Shown piece after piece: positions 42,919 to 55,164 of a stretch of 64,000 bases of DNA. Numbering within the stretch: the stretch's first letter is position 1; the number at the start of each line of letters is the position of its first letter. Below the pieces are notes generated by a model. The model made no database searches. It was given only the letters and a program-made list of their open reading frames with translations, and was not told where the DNA came from. The stretch lies in the NCBI RefSeq assembly GCF_009914755.1, contig NC_060931.1; one strand, 5' to 3'. The stretch comes from the human T2T-CHM13v2.0 reference genome, Homo sapiens. The position numbers were made by a program, and so were the translations under genes.

Positions 42919-43721
42919 ATAGTAGACAGAATTATGCCACCCCTTCCTCCCCTCAAGAAAAGTTGTTCATATCCTAATATGTTACCTCTCATGGCCAAAG
43001 GGACTTGGTTGATGTTATTCAGGTGAAGAAATTTTTTTTTTTTTTTTGATATAAGATCTCACTCTGTCACCCAGGCTAGACTGCAGTGGTATGATCTTCG
43101 CTCACTGTAGCCTCGACCTCCTGGGCTCAAGTGATTCTCCCATCTCAGTGCTCAAGTAGCTTGGACTGGAGGTATATGCCACTATGCCCAGATACTGGAT
43201 AATTTTTTTTATTTGTTGTAGAGATGAGGTCTCACTATGTTGCCCAGGCTGGTGTCAAACTCCTGGCCTCAAGCAAGCCTCCCGCCTCGACCTCCCAAAG
43301 TGCGGGGATTACAGGCAGAGCCACCACAGCTGGCCATAGGTAAAGGATCTTTAAATGGGGAGATTATCCTGGATTACTCACATGGGCCCAGTCTAAATAT
43401 ACGAGTTCTTAAAAATGGAAACTTTTTCCCAGCTGCAATCAGAGAGATATATAACAAAAGATTGTCAGAGGATGAATTTTGCTCGTTTTAAAGATGCAGA
43501 AAGGGGGTCATAGTCAGGAAATGTGGGTAGCCTCTAGAAATTGGAAAGTCAATGAAACCAATCCTCCTAAAAGCCTCCAGAAAGGAATGCAACCCTGCTG
43601 ATACCTTGATTTGAGACTAGTGAGACTATGTAGGACTGCCAGAAGAGTAACATAATTTAGTGTTGTTTTAAGCCACTAACATTGTGCTAGTTTGTTATGG
43701 CAACAATAGAAAACTAATACA
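42919..43721 (+). mobile_element. MLT1D-like MaLR solo LTR interrupted by an Alu
   Basis: Contains atatgttacct...ggccaaagggactt, atggggagattatcctggattac and agcctccagaaaggaatgcaaccctgctgataccttgatt. Ends ggcaacaatagaaaactaataca. Confidence 0.88.
43032..43335 (-). mobile_element. Alu, AluJ-like
   Basis: Poly-T, then ctcactctgtcacccaggct...gcctcgacctcctgggctcaag...gaggtctcactatgttgcccaggctgg...ggcc (J-type diagnostics). Confidence 0.93.
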
Positions 43722-44689
43722 TATTGTTATGCTTATTCTCTTTAAGTAACTTTAAAAGGTAAAACTGAGATCTGCCCCATCCATAAATATAACTGAGTCA
43801 TTGACATCAAATAGACCCGGAAGCAGATTAATGGTCTACATAATGTGATTATCACACATGCCACAGGCAAAGCAGTTACTAAGGATCAGTATGTATCTTC
43901 TCACTGAATCAGGGAGTAAACTTACTTTCATGGAGCCAAATCACAATTTGCCAATGAAGCTGGATGTTTGAACTTTTCACCTTGCTTTTATAAAAAGGGT
44001 GTTTTATTTTATGTTTTGCAAAACTTTTTTTTTTTAGCTTCCCTAGCCACCACAAAAGAGAGTTATACTTGCTGTAAGCTCCCCCAGGCAGAAATCAGAA
44101 ATTAGAGGACATAGCAACAGAAAGAAGGGTCTTTTAAAAATGCCTGAATGACTTGTGTTTGTCTAACACCTAGCTGTGGTGGAAGAAGAGTATAAGAAAC
44201 AGACTGTCTACTTATTGATTGTTGTAGGTAAAATATGCACCTAATTGCTTCAACAACAGAAATATAGTCTCCGTCTTGAAAGGAAGTTGAAATATACTAT
44301 ATTGAAACTGTTTTGCAGAGACTGCAAACAAGCAGGATCCTCCAGTTAGAATTAGTTTCAAGACTTATAATTTTAATATTTTAAGTACAAACAGGAGCTT
44401 GAGCTGGACAAAATGTCAGCTTATAGGACTTTATAAGTGATTTCTTTACTGATTATATGAGAATTATTTGTGATTAGCATTTCATTCACCTATAAAACGA
44501 AAGATTGCTTTAAGTAGATATTTCTCTTTTTACGTCAAATGGAACAAAATTTAGTTTAGACGGTAACTTTGTTTCTGCACTTAAAAACACATTGAACTGC
44601 AGTCCAGCACTTATGTAAATGTTTTACCATCATTTTATAATGTGAATTAGTGACATTAATGAAAATAAAAAATAAAGGTGTATGTGAAG

Positions 44690-45242
44690 CTCTTCCCCAC
44701 TTGAAGTGAATGGAGACCTGTTCCCTGGAGGAGAATGGGAATCCCAGGCAGGCCCCCAAAATTGTTGGAAGTAAATGTTCAGTGCCACAAAGTAAAAATA
44801 GCATTCAGACAAAAGTTTTCTCAACAAGACAATTTACTTCTATAGAAGGGTGAGTCTCATGGATAGAGCAATGGAGAGAGCACACCAGACAAGGGATGGG
44901 AAGAGCGTCTTATCCTTAATGCAGCTAGTCCCTACTGCTGTGTCTTTCCCCTATTGACTAGGGTTAGACCACACAGTCTAAGGTAATTCCAATTGGCTGC
45001 TTTAAAGAGAGCAGGGGTATGACCTGGAATGGTGAGGTGAGTAGTTTCGGTGGGAAGGATGGTTACAAAACAGGTGACTAAGGATGACTAAGGACAGAAC
45101 AGGTGACTAAGCATGGAACAGGTGACTATAAGGATGAGTAAAGACAGAGGAGGTGACTAAGGACAGAGCAGGTGATAGAGATTAGGAGGGGGCTGTTTAT
45201 TGAAACTAGGGACAAGAGACGTAAAGAACGAAAGGACGTTAA
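44690..45242 (-). mobile_element. Inverted partial LTR10-family LTR plus PBS and ~70 nt of leader (mirror copy of about 45546-46115)
   Basis: The reverse complement aligns colinearly with the proviral 5' LTR and leader. The paired ORF translations MLRKLLSECYFYFVAL (44630..44827 -) and MLRKLLSECYFHFVAP (45980..46183 +) show the homology. PBS copy is TGGGGGCCTGCCTGGGAT. Confidence 0.93.
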
Positions 45243-45463
45243 GAAACATATATAAGAAACATATACCACAATGATGTGCTGCCCTTTTTCACTCTTCTCT
45301 TTTGTCACCCAGGTTTTACTAAGGACTAGACATGTTACGTTTGCTTTCCCTTTGTATTCCTAATAGAAAACATGCTGTATGATTTTGTTTGTTTTATATC
45401 TGCTTATTTTAGGACTGTTTGCCATACCACAGAAGTAATGCAACTTGGTCTGCACTAAGGCCT

Positions 45464-46044
45464 TGTAGGATACAGTAGATTTCTCTTTAAAGAACCAATA
45501 TGTCACTATGTTCAGCTTCCCTGTTCTTTGTTCCTCATCTTAAAGTTTAACTTCCTTGTTCTTTACGTCTCTTTGTCCCTAGTTTCAGTAAACAACCCCC
45601 TCCTAACCTCTATCACCCTCTCTGTCCTTAGTCACCTGCTCTGTCCTTAGTCATCTGCTCTGTCTTTAGTCATCCTTATAGTCACCTGTTCTGTCCTTAG
45701 TCACCTGCTCTGTCCTTAGTCATACTTAGTCACCTGTTTTGTAACCATCCCTCCCACCAAAACTACTCACCCTGCCATTTCAGCTTGTACCACTGCTCTC
45801 TTTAAAATAGCCAACCCGAATTACCTTAGACTGTGCGGTCTAACCCTAGTCAATAGAGGAAAGACACAGCAGTAGGGACTAACTGCATTAAGGATAAGAC
45901 TCTCTTCCCCTCCCTTGTCTGGTGTGCTCTCTCCATTGCTCTATCCATGAGACTCACCCTTCTATAGAAGTAAATTGTTTTGTTGAGAAAACTTTTGTCT
46001 GAATGCTATTTTCACTTTGTGGCACCGAGCATTTACTTCCAACA
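45464..46044 (+). promoter_or_regulatory. 5' LTR (581 bp) with internal ~19-bp VNTR
   Basis: tgtaggatacagtagatttctc...atttacttccaaca. Tandem ttagtcacctgctctgtcc units at ~45620-45740. Homologous to 53814-54343. Confidence 0.93.
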
Positions 46045-46048
46045 ATTT

Positions 46049-46066
46049 TGGGCGCCTGCCCGGGAT
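46049..46066 (+). other. Primer binding site, tRNA-Pro-like
   Basis: TGGGCGCCTGCCCGGGAT lies 4 nt after the LTR end and matches the canonical Pro PBS TGGGGGCTCGTCCGGGAT at 14/18 positions. Confidence 0.75.
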
Positions 46067-46651
46067 TCCCATTCTCCTCCAGGGAATGGGTCTCCATTCA
46101 CTTCTCGTGGGGAGACGCGTCCCATTGCCTCATTGTGGTGGCCTCAGGGTGAGAGATGGGGAACCACCCAGTGCGACAAATAAACTCGGGCTCTCAACAA
46201 CCCAGAAGGAAACAGGATGATAGCTTGGGGAAAGGATTCTCACATACCGCAGCAATCAGGTAACTCTGTACACAGACCAAGTTAAGCAATGTCGCAGGGG
46301 TGACGAAGTATTTCCTTGCTGGTCAAGATATTCTGGAGGTTAAAAGTGTGTTTAAATGATCACAAACACTACTGCTTGCAGTGCTGCTTGTGTGAATGGT
46401 ACTACGCACTACCGCTGTGTGGAGTGAGTGGGTCCTATCTGCGGTTCCATGGTCACCTCATACGGCTTAGGACAGATCCTGCCATGGGGTTCAAACTGGC
46501 ATGCCAATACCAAGAGGGGCCTAGACACCCAAAAGGGAAGCGGCCAGAGTGGATGAAGCAAAAGAAGGGTGCAAGGATCCTCCAGCAGGTGGGGCTAAAA
46601 GATAGGCAAGAAATCTCTAGTATGAGGGATTAAGCCTAACTAGGACCCAAC

Positions 46652-48351
46652 ATGGGAAATACCCTAAGCAAGACAGGGAGTAAAAAGGATAAAAATACCA
46701 ACAAAGATGATTCCCCCTCATAGTCCCCTAGGTCTCATGTTAAAATACTGGAAAAATAATGAGAGGACTAAACATAAGAAAAAGCAACAAATGATAAAAT
46801 ATTGCTGTTTTATTTGGACTCAGAGACCCATCTTCAAACCCTCAAATCTTCTGACCAAAGTTTGGGTCGAATGAAGATGTAATGTGTCAGCTTTTCATTC
46901 AATATGTAAATGATAAAAGCCTCGTTTCTCAAGAGGAACTAGACTATGCTCTTTGTTGGAGGCAGAGACCTGTCCTTTTCCCCTTAAAGACAACTAGGGA
47001 AGAACCCAATGTAACATCACAAAAGGAAAAATTACATAAGTTAGTTCCCATGCGCAAAGACTCCAGCATATGGGATCCCCTAGACCATCTTCCCCTGCTC
47101 AGTGACCCCAAGCCCTCTCCTCAGACAGCTGCTGCTGCCCAAGATCCTGCTCCAGATTCTTCACCTACTCACGTTATTCCCCCTCCTTACAATCCTGACT
47201 CTTGGAAATTATCATCCCAAGAGTCTGTCCCCTAACAGCCTAAGGACCCCTCCCTAAAGGGACTCCAATGTGAAATAGAACAATATAAAAAGGATATCCG
47301 AAACTTCCCTTTTCCCTCTACAACTAAAGAGTCAGCCCCTGATCTCCTTCCCTTAAGATAGGTGCCACAAGGAGGAGGAACCATTGACTTCATGGATACT
47401 CCCTTAACCAGTTCAGAATTCCAGAGTTTAAAAAAGGAGCTTAAGCCATTACTAGATGACCCTTACGGAGTGGCAGATCAAATTGATCAATTTTTAGGAC
47501 CTCAGTTATACACTTGGGTTGAGTTAATGTCCATTTTGGACATCCTCTTTTCAGGAGAAGAAAGGAGTATGATTCATAGGGCTGCTATAGTAGTTTGAGA
47601 ACGTGAGCATTCACCCAGTCAAAACGTTCCTACCATGGACCAGAAATTCCCTGCCCAAGACCCCCGCTGGGACAATAACAACACAACTCACCAGGAAAAT
47701 ACACAGGGCCTAAGGGAGGTGATAATCAAATGAACTCGGGAATCAGTACCCCAAACCCAAAATCTTTCTAAAACATTTAATATGCAACAGAAAAAGGATA
47801 AAGGGCCTATGAAATTCCTAGACAGACTGAAGGAACAAATGAGACAATATACAGGCCTCAATTTAGAAGATCCCTTTGGATGAGAAATGTTAAAACTCCA
47901 ATTTTTCACAAAAAGTTGGCCAGACATTTCAAAAAAAGTACAAAAAAATAGAAAATTGGAAAGACCAGACCGTCCCCCGAGTGAACTTCGCATGGAAACT
48001 CAAAAGTTATGTGTGAGGAGAGACGAAAAAAATCAGAAACAAAAGACAAAACTTACATTATCCACCTTCCAACAGAAGACTCCAAATCCATGTCCTTCTA
48101 AACAGAGCTTCCAGAGACACAGAAACTATAAAGGGTCCAAACCCTTCTTTAAAAGACCTAAGCCTCCATCTGGAGGACCAAGGCCCTCTGAAGAGTATGG
48201 CAAAACAAAGTAAAAAAATCCCAGAACTGAGAGGTACAAAGGACAAGATAGGTGCTACAAATATGAAAGTACAGGCCACTTCAAGAGGAAATGTCCTGAA
48301 TTCAAAAAAGAGAAAAAAGTCCTTCCGTTCATTACTTTTGAGGAAGAATAA
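46652..48351 (+). pseudogene. gag: ERV gag remnant
   Basis: Starts ATG GGA (MGNTLSK, myristoylation-type start). Late domain PPPY in ORF 46882..47235. Capsid-like LKPLLDDPYGVADQIDQFLGP. Decayed zinc knuckle CYKYESTGHFKRKC at 48253. Multiple stops and frameshifts. Confidence 0.9.
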
Positions 48352-51300
48352 GGGAGTCAGGGGCTCTGTCTCTTTTATGTTGAGTCCCACCAGGAGCCCT
48401 TAATAAATTTAGAAGTGGGACCTAAACATGAATTTATCACTTTTTGTTCGATTCAGGGATGACTTGTTCCTCTGTTGGTTTCCCCCCATCTAATATTGCC
48501 TACTCTTTGGAAGGACTTTTGCTCTCTGGAGTGAAAGGTGAAGGATTTAAAACAAAAATTTTAAAATACACAAAAGTCAAATACCAAGATCAATCAGCTC
48601 ATATTCAGTTTTTGTTAATCCCTGAAGCAGAGACTAATTTATTAGGGAGGGATTTAATGTTGAAGTTAGGCAGAGGCCTACAAGTCAGACCAAGAGAATT
48701 CTTCACCTCATTAAACCTACTCACCAATACAGAGACAAAATACATTAATTCTAATGTCTGGTCCAAAGAAAAGAACTGAAGAAAACTCTGAGTCCCTCCA
48801 ATCCACATCAAGCTAAAAACCCCCGGGGAAGTAGTAAGGAGAAAATAATACCCCATTCCCCTAGAGGGCAGGATAGGGTTAAAACCTATAAGTGAAGGTC
48901 TTACTAAAGATGGGCTTCTTGAGCCCTATATGTCCTCTTATAACACCCCAATACTGCCTGTCAAGAAATCAGATGGGTCATACTGGCTGGTAAAAGACCT
49001 TAGAGCCATTAACCAAATAGTCCAAACTACCCACCCCATTGTTCCCAATCCTTACACCATTCTCAGCAAGATTCCATATAATCATCAATGGTTTACTGTT
49101 ACAGATTTGAAGGATGATTTTTGGACATGTCCCCTGGCTAAAGATTGTGAAGATATATTTGCTTTTGAGTGGAAAGATCTCCATCCAGGGTGAAAACAAC
49201 AATATCGATGGACAGTCTTATTCCAAGGGTTCACAGACTCCCTTAACCTTTTCGGTCAAATTTTAGAACAAGTATTAGAAAAAGTCATCATCCCAAAACA
49301 AATATGCCTACTCCAATATGTTGATGATATTCTTATATCTGGTGAAGATATGGAGAAAGTAGCTAGCTTCTCTACACATATTCTTAACCATCTGCAGTTC
49401 GAAGGGTTACAAGTCTCAAACGGAAAGCTTCAGTAGGTAGAGCCTGAAGTTAAATATTTAGGCCACAGTGCAGACAAGTGAAAAATAGGGCCTAAATAAG
49501 TTGAGGGAATCGTATCCCTACCCTTGCCTCAAACTAAATAAAAACTCAGGAAATCTTTAGGGTTAGTTGGATACTGTCACTTATGAATTGACTCATATGC
49601 ACTAAACAATAAACTTTTATATCAAAAACTTGCCCAGAAGAAGCCTGACCATCTCCTGTAGACTTCTGAGAAAGGTGATCAGATCAAAGAGCTGAAAGAA
49701 AGGCTCATAACCACCCCTGTCTTAGCCTTACCTTCCCTAAAAAGCCATTCCACATTTTTGTCAACGTGGATAATGGAGTAACTTTAGAAGTGCTTACTGA
49801 AGGACACAGAGGCTGTTGGTAGCCTGTGGTCTTCCTGTCAAAAGTCTTAGATCCAGTTACTTGTAGATGGCCTCAATACATCCAATCCATTGCAACTACA
49901 GGAGTATTAGTAAAGAAAGTAGAAAGTTAACCTTTGGAGGAAAATTGACAGTAAGCATGCCCCACCAAGTTAGAACTATCTTAAACCAGAAAGCAGGGCA
50001 GTGGCTTACTGACTCAAGAATCTTAAAGTATGAGGCTATTCTGTTAATATTAACCACTGATAATTCACTTATCCCAGCAGGTTTCCTAACAGGGGATCCA
50101 AATCTAAAGAGAGAGCACAAATGTTTAGATTTAATTGATTATCATTTAAAAGTCCAACCAGACCTAGGAGACACTCCCTTCAGGACGGGACGAGAGTTAT
50201 TTATAGATGATTCCTCCCGGGTGATTGAGGAAAAAAGACACAATGGGTATTCAGTACTTGATGGAGAAACTCTCGAAGAAATAGAGTCAGGAAAATTGCC
50301 TCATAATTGGTCTGCCCAAACTTGCAAGCGGTTTGCACTCAGCCAAGCCTTAAAGTACTTTCAGAACCAGGAAGGAACCATCTATACCAATTCTCAGTAC
50401 ACCTGTTGAGTGGCTCACACATTTGGAAAATTTTGACTGAATGAGGTCTCTTTAGTAGTAAAAGTCAAGACCTTTTTCATAAGGAGCTAATCACCCAAAT
50501 ATTTAATAATCTGCAGTTGCCAGAAGAATAGGTATTGTCCATGTCCCTGGATATCAGAAAAGTCTTTCTTGTGAAAGTCGAGGAAATAACCTAGCAGATC
50601 AGATAGCCAAACAGGCTGCCATTTCTTCTAAAACACCTATTTTTGACTTAACTCATTACCTTCCTTCTCCTACCATGATCCCCATTTTCTCTTCCACTAA
50701 AAAAGAAAAACTAATAAAAACAGATGCTAAAGAGAATTCAGAAGAAAAATGGATACTGCCAGACCAGACAGAAACGTTATCCAAATCCCTTATGAGGGAA
50801 GTCTTGTCCCAACTGCATCAAGGGACCCATTGGGGGCCCCAAGCCATGTGTGATACAGTCCTCAGAGTTTATCGGTGCACAGGAATTTATACCCTGGCCA
50901 AACAGGTTACAGACAGTTGTATAGTATGTAAGAAAACTAAAAAGAATACCCCTTTGGGGAAGGAGCCCAGGCTTAAGGCTATCCCAAAGTATCCAGATTG
51001 ATTGCACAGAGATACCTTCAATAGGTCATCTAAAATACTTACTAGTGATAGCAGATCACCTCATTCACTGGGTCAAAGCTATCCCCTTTTCAAATGCAAT
51101 GGCCAATAATGTAGTTAAGGTGTTAATTGAAAATACAGTGTCCAGATTTGGGCTAATAGAAAATATTGACTCAGACAATGGAACCAATTTCACTGCGCAC
51201 ATCACTAAAAAGCTATCCCAAACACTAGACATTAGATGGGAATATCATACTCCTTGGCACCCACCTTCATCAGGGAGAATAGAAAGAATGAATTAAACTC

Positions 51301-51815
51301 TGAAGAACCGCTTAACCAAGTTGGTTCTGGAGACTTGGTTACCATGGACCAAATGCTTTCCTATTGCCCTGTTAAGAATCTGAACTGCCCCTCAGAAAGA
51401 TATTGGTCTTTCCCTTTAAGAGATGCTCAATGGATTGCCTTATTTACGCTCCACTATTGACATTCCTACCTTTGAAACAAAAAACCAATTCCTTAAAAAT
51501 TATACACTTGGCCTATCTTCTACTTTCTCTTCTCTTAAAACCAAAGGTCTCCTAGCACAGACACTGCCCCTGGAGTTCCCAGTACATCAAAATCAGCCTG
51601 GGGATCACATCCTCATCAAAAGCTGGAAGGAGGAAAAGCTTGAATTGGCCTGGGAAGGACCTTACCTAGTGCTCCTAACTACTGAAACCGCAGTCTCAAC
51701 AGCAGAAAAAGGATGGACCCATCACACCCGAGTCAAGAAAGCACTGCCCACACGAGAGTCATGGGCCATAGTCCCAGGTGAAAACCCTACCAAACTAAAG
51801 CTAAGAAAAAATTAA
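48352..51815 (+). pseudogene. pol: ERV pro-pol remnant (protease, RT, RNase H, integrase)
   Basis: Protease: FDSG and NLLGRDL. RT: YNTPILPVKK, DLRAIN, DLKDDFW, QGF, LQYVDDIL (49311-34). RNase H: FIDDSS, IYTNSQY. Integrase: HQGTH...CIVC, IDSDNG, GRIERMN, WEGPYLVLLTT. Broken into many short ORFs. Confidence 0.95.
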
Positions 51816-53797
51816 CTATCTTTCATCTATTCTATTACTCCTCCTTTCCTTGCTGTATTGCTGACCACCTCATTATTAATGTAACCAGGTCAATTTTGCC
51901 TCAAACTATTACATTTGATTCTTGCCTTGTTATACCCCATAGAGACTTACCAAGTCAAAGACAGCTTTCCACTTCAGAAAAATACCTCTGTCCTTCTTGA
52001 CTCCCCTCAGGCTGGAGATTAGTGAATCAGGATCATTTAGTCTGGGAAGGTTTCAGTGAAGACCCCAGTGTCAACTGGGAGTCTTGCCCCCCGATACAGA
52101 GCTTTTATGCTGTAGTTGGTCCAACATTCTGTGGACCACTAAAGTGCAAGGATGGACTGCCACAACCAGCAGTTGTAATTTCCTAAAACCACACATTCAT
52201 TTTACTAAAGAAACAGCTTCCCCTAACTGTCAGCTCAACCAGTGCAATCCAGTACAGGTTATTATCTCAAACCCTCAAAGTTCTTCTTCTCTAAGTCGGT
52301 TCCTTTATTTAAGCTGGTTTTATGGGATGGGGGCTGAGGTTTCAGGAACAGACCCTATCAGATCCTTTGAAATACACTTCATTGCTCCCCTACTGCCTAT
52401 ACCTTCCCCTAAGCCTTCTTCCAAAACCTCTCACAATGAAACTGTTGTTTCTTCTCTATCTAATGACAAGACCAAGGTAGCTATTATAGAACTTAAAGAC
52501 CTAAAACAAACTTTGGCAACTGAGACAGGGTATCAAGATGTGAATGCCTGGTTGGAATGGATCAAATATTCTGTCTGCACTTTAAACAAAAGCAATTGTT
52601 AAGCTTGTGTGAATGGCAGACCAGAAGCCCAGATTATCTGCTTTCCACTAGGATGGTCCTTCAGTCAACCAGACATGGGCTGTATAGTAGCTCTTTTCCA
52701 AGATTCCACAGCCTGGGGTAACAAGTCGTGTCAAGTTCTCTCTCTGCTATATCCCAAAATTCAACACTCTGCGGGTCAGCCACTGAGGGCCATCCAGCTT
52801 CCGCCTCCCGACACTAGGTTCACTTCGTGTCTCTCACAATAAGTAGGTAACTTAGCGTTCCTTGGAGACATAAAAGGATACAGTGAGCTGAATACTTTCC
52901 AAGAGCTTAACAATCAGTCAACGCTTATTCACCCCCGAGCAGATGTATGGTAGTATTGTGGTGGACCTTTACTGGACACTCTGCCAAGTAACTGGAGTGG
53001 CACTGGTGCTCTAGTCCAATTGACTATCCCTTTTGCCCTGGCATTTCATCAACCAGAAAAAGGAAAAACACAACGTTGTAAACCAAGGGAAGCCCCTTAT
53101 TGGTCTTTCCACTCCCACGTTTATTTAGATACAATTAGGCTCACAAGGGTACCACATAAATTTAAAGCCTGGGATCAAATAACTGCAGGATTTGAGTCAA
53201 TATTTTGGTGGTTGACTATCAATAAAAACATAGATTGGATAAATTACATCTATTATAATCAACAGCGATTTATCAATTACATCAGGGATGTTGTCAAAGG
53301 AATAGCAGAACAATTGGGGCCTACTAGACAGATGGCCTGGAAGAATAGAATGGCCACAGAAATGATATTAGCCAAAAAAGATAGTGTTTGTTATGATTAA
53401 AACTCAGTGTTGTACCCTCATCCCAAACAACACTGCCCTTGATGGGAACATAACAAGGGCCCTACAAGGACTTACTGCTTTATCTAATAAGTTAACTAAA
53501 AATTCTGGAGTCGACAACCCTTTCTTAAGATGGCTAGAGAGGTGGTTCAGTAAATAGAAAGGAATCATAGCCTCAATTCTTACTTCTCTTACAGCCATAA
53601 CAGGTGTACTCATTCTTGTTGGGTGTTGTGTCATACCATGCATCCGTGGGCTAGTGCAAAGACTTATAGAAACAGCACTTACTAAACCCTCCCTTAGCTC
53701 TCCTCCACTTTATTCAGATAAGCTTTTCCTTTTAGAGGATCAAGTTGAACAACAAAGCCAAGACATGTTAAAAAGGTTTGAAGAGGAAGGACTATAA
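51816..53797 (+). pseudogene. env: ERV env remnant (gamma-type SU/TM)
   Basis: The SU CxxC motif is interrupted by a stop (KSNC*AC at ~52588-52608). A decayed basic cleavage site reads RCKPR/EA. An immunosuppressive-domain-like WKNRMATEMILAKKDSVC is followed, after a frameshift, by CCTLIPNN. Hydrophobic TM IIASILTSLTAITGVLILVGCC; stop at 53795-97. Start position approximate. Confidence 0.9.
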
Positions 53798-53813
53798 AAA
53801 TTGAAAGGGATAT

Positions 53814-54343
53814 TGAAGGATTCCATAAATTCCTCTTCTAAGAACCAATATGTCCATATATTCAGCTTCCATGTTCTTTGTTCTCCATTTTAAAGTTTAA
53901 CTTCCTTGTTTTTTATGTCTCCTTGCCCTTAGTCTCAGTAAACAACCCCCTCCCAGCCTCTATCACCTGCTTTGTCCTTAGTCACCCTTAGTCACCTGCT
54001 CTGTCCTTAGTCACCTGCTCTGACCTTAGTCATCTGCTCTGTAACCATCCTTTCCACTGAAACTACTCACCCTGCCACTCTGGCTCGTACCCCTGCTCTC
54101 TTTAAAATAGCCAATTGGAGTTAGCTTAGACTATGCAGTCCAACCCTAGCCAATAGGGGAAAGACACAGTAGTAGGGACTAGCTGCATTAAGGATAAGAC
54201 CCCCTTTCCCTCCCTTGTCCAGTGTGCTCTCGCCATTTCTCCATCCTCGAGATGCACCCTTCTATAGAAGTAAATTGCCTTGCTGAGAAAAATTTGCCTG
54301 AGTGCTATTTTCACTTTGAGGCACTGAGCATTTACTTCCAACA
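53814..54343 (+). promoter_or_regulatory. 3' LTR (530 bp) with shorter VNTR
   Basis: tgaaggattccataaattcctc...atttacttccaaca. Preceded by a purine-rich tract (aaaaattgaaaggga) and followed by the TSD GGCCT. Confidence 0.93.
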
Positions 54344-55164
54344 GGCCTTAATATTCTGACACTTCAATTTCTCTATAATTGTGCCAATTAAAAGGTTTTT
54401 TACTTTTCAGCAAAATTCTGGCCCAGTCATTCAAATTTCACAGTCACATAAGGAATCCTCAATTTTAAATGAGTTGCATTCCCAAAATGCATATGTAAAT
54501 AGATTCCATTTAATCCCCATTGTCCCATTGAAATTGGTTAGACTTACTCTAAATTCAACACCCCCCCGAATTCTAATCACTTAATAATGTACTTTAAGCA
54601 TATTACCCAATCAACATGGGTCACAAAGTTTTATGAATGCCAAGCATCTATCTAGCCCTGCTATGCTTTGTCCTTATTCCCTCTATTTGCCTGCAAAAGA
54701 TATGCGGGCTTCTCCACTAATCATTCATGAGATCCCCATGACCTGGGACAGGACAAAGGTTCAACTGACTTTCCTAGCTTGTTTTTGTGAACTCTGAGGT
54801 TTGCACGAGGGGTGCCACCTTTCCACCAGAATCTGACTCTCACTGCCTATTTCCCTGACCTAATGCAAAACAAGACCCTTTCATTCCTCTTGTTTCTTGA
54901 TTTCCTAAATGATGATGACAGTGCAAGAACAGAGGGAGGATAAATATTTATCCATTTGATACCCTCCCTAGAGAAAGTTAGTGTTGCATGAAAGGGATGG
55001 TGTGACGGTGGGACCAAATGGACTACCCTAAAGAATCACTATATGGGCCTAAAGAGTTTTGAGACAAGTTTCTGAAATGAGGGATGGGTGGAATGGGGAA
55101 GGGATGGATGCAAGGCGTGCTGGCGGCCTGCAGCCTTGCAGCACTTCCCAACTTTTCTGTGAAA

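Larger units (their letters stand above)
45464..54343 (+). mobile_element. Full-length defective class I ERV provirus, HERV-IP (HERVIP10/LTR10) type
   Basis: Two TG...CA LTRs, a perfect 5-bp TSD GGCCT (45459-63, 54344-48), a PBS and a purine-rich tract before the 3' LTR. Gag, pro, RT, RNase H, IN and env motifs occur in canonical order. The family call rests on LTR sequence resemblance and the Pro-like PBS. Confidence 0.95.

Noticed and set aside
45617-45740. Regular ~19-bp repeats that might suggest a CRISPR-like array
   Set aside because: The units are head-to-tail with no unique spacers, lie inside a retroviral LTR and recur in all three LTR copies. This is a VNTR in mammalian DNA.
44556-46220. 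Paired ORFs MLRKLLSECYF... on opposite strands as a duplicated small gene
   Set aside because: They simply translate the LTR U5/PBS region and its inverted copy. They start at non-ATG codons and show no coding signature.
49867-50409. 180-aa ORF, the longest in the window
   Set aside because: It is an internal fragment of pol (tether/RNase H) between frameshifts, with catalytic motifs altered (FIDDSS, YTNS).
51816-53797. Possible domesticated (syncytin-like or ERVPb1-like) env gene
   Set aside because: The longest open piece is 172 aa. The CxxC motif is broken by a stop, the basic cleavage site and ISD are degraded, and a frameshift precedes the CC motif.
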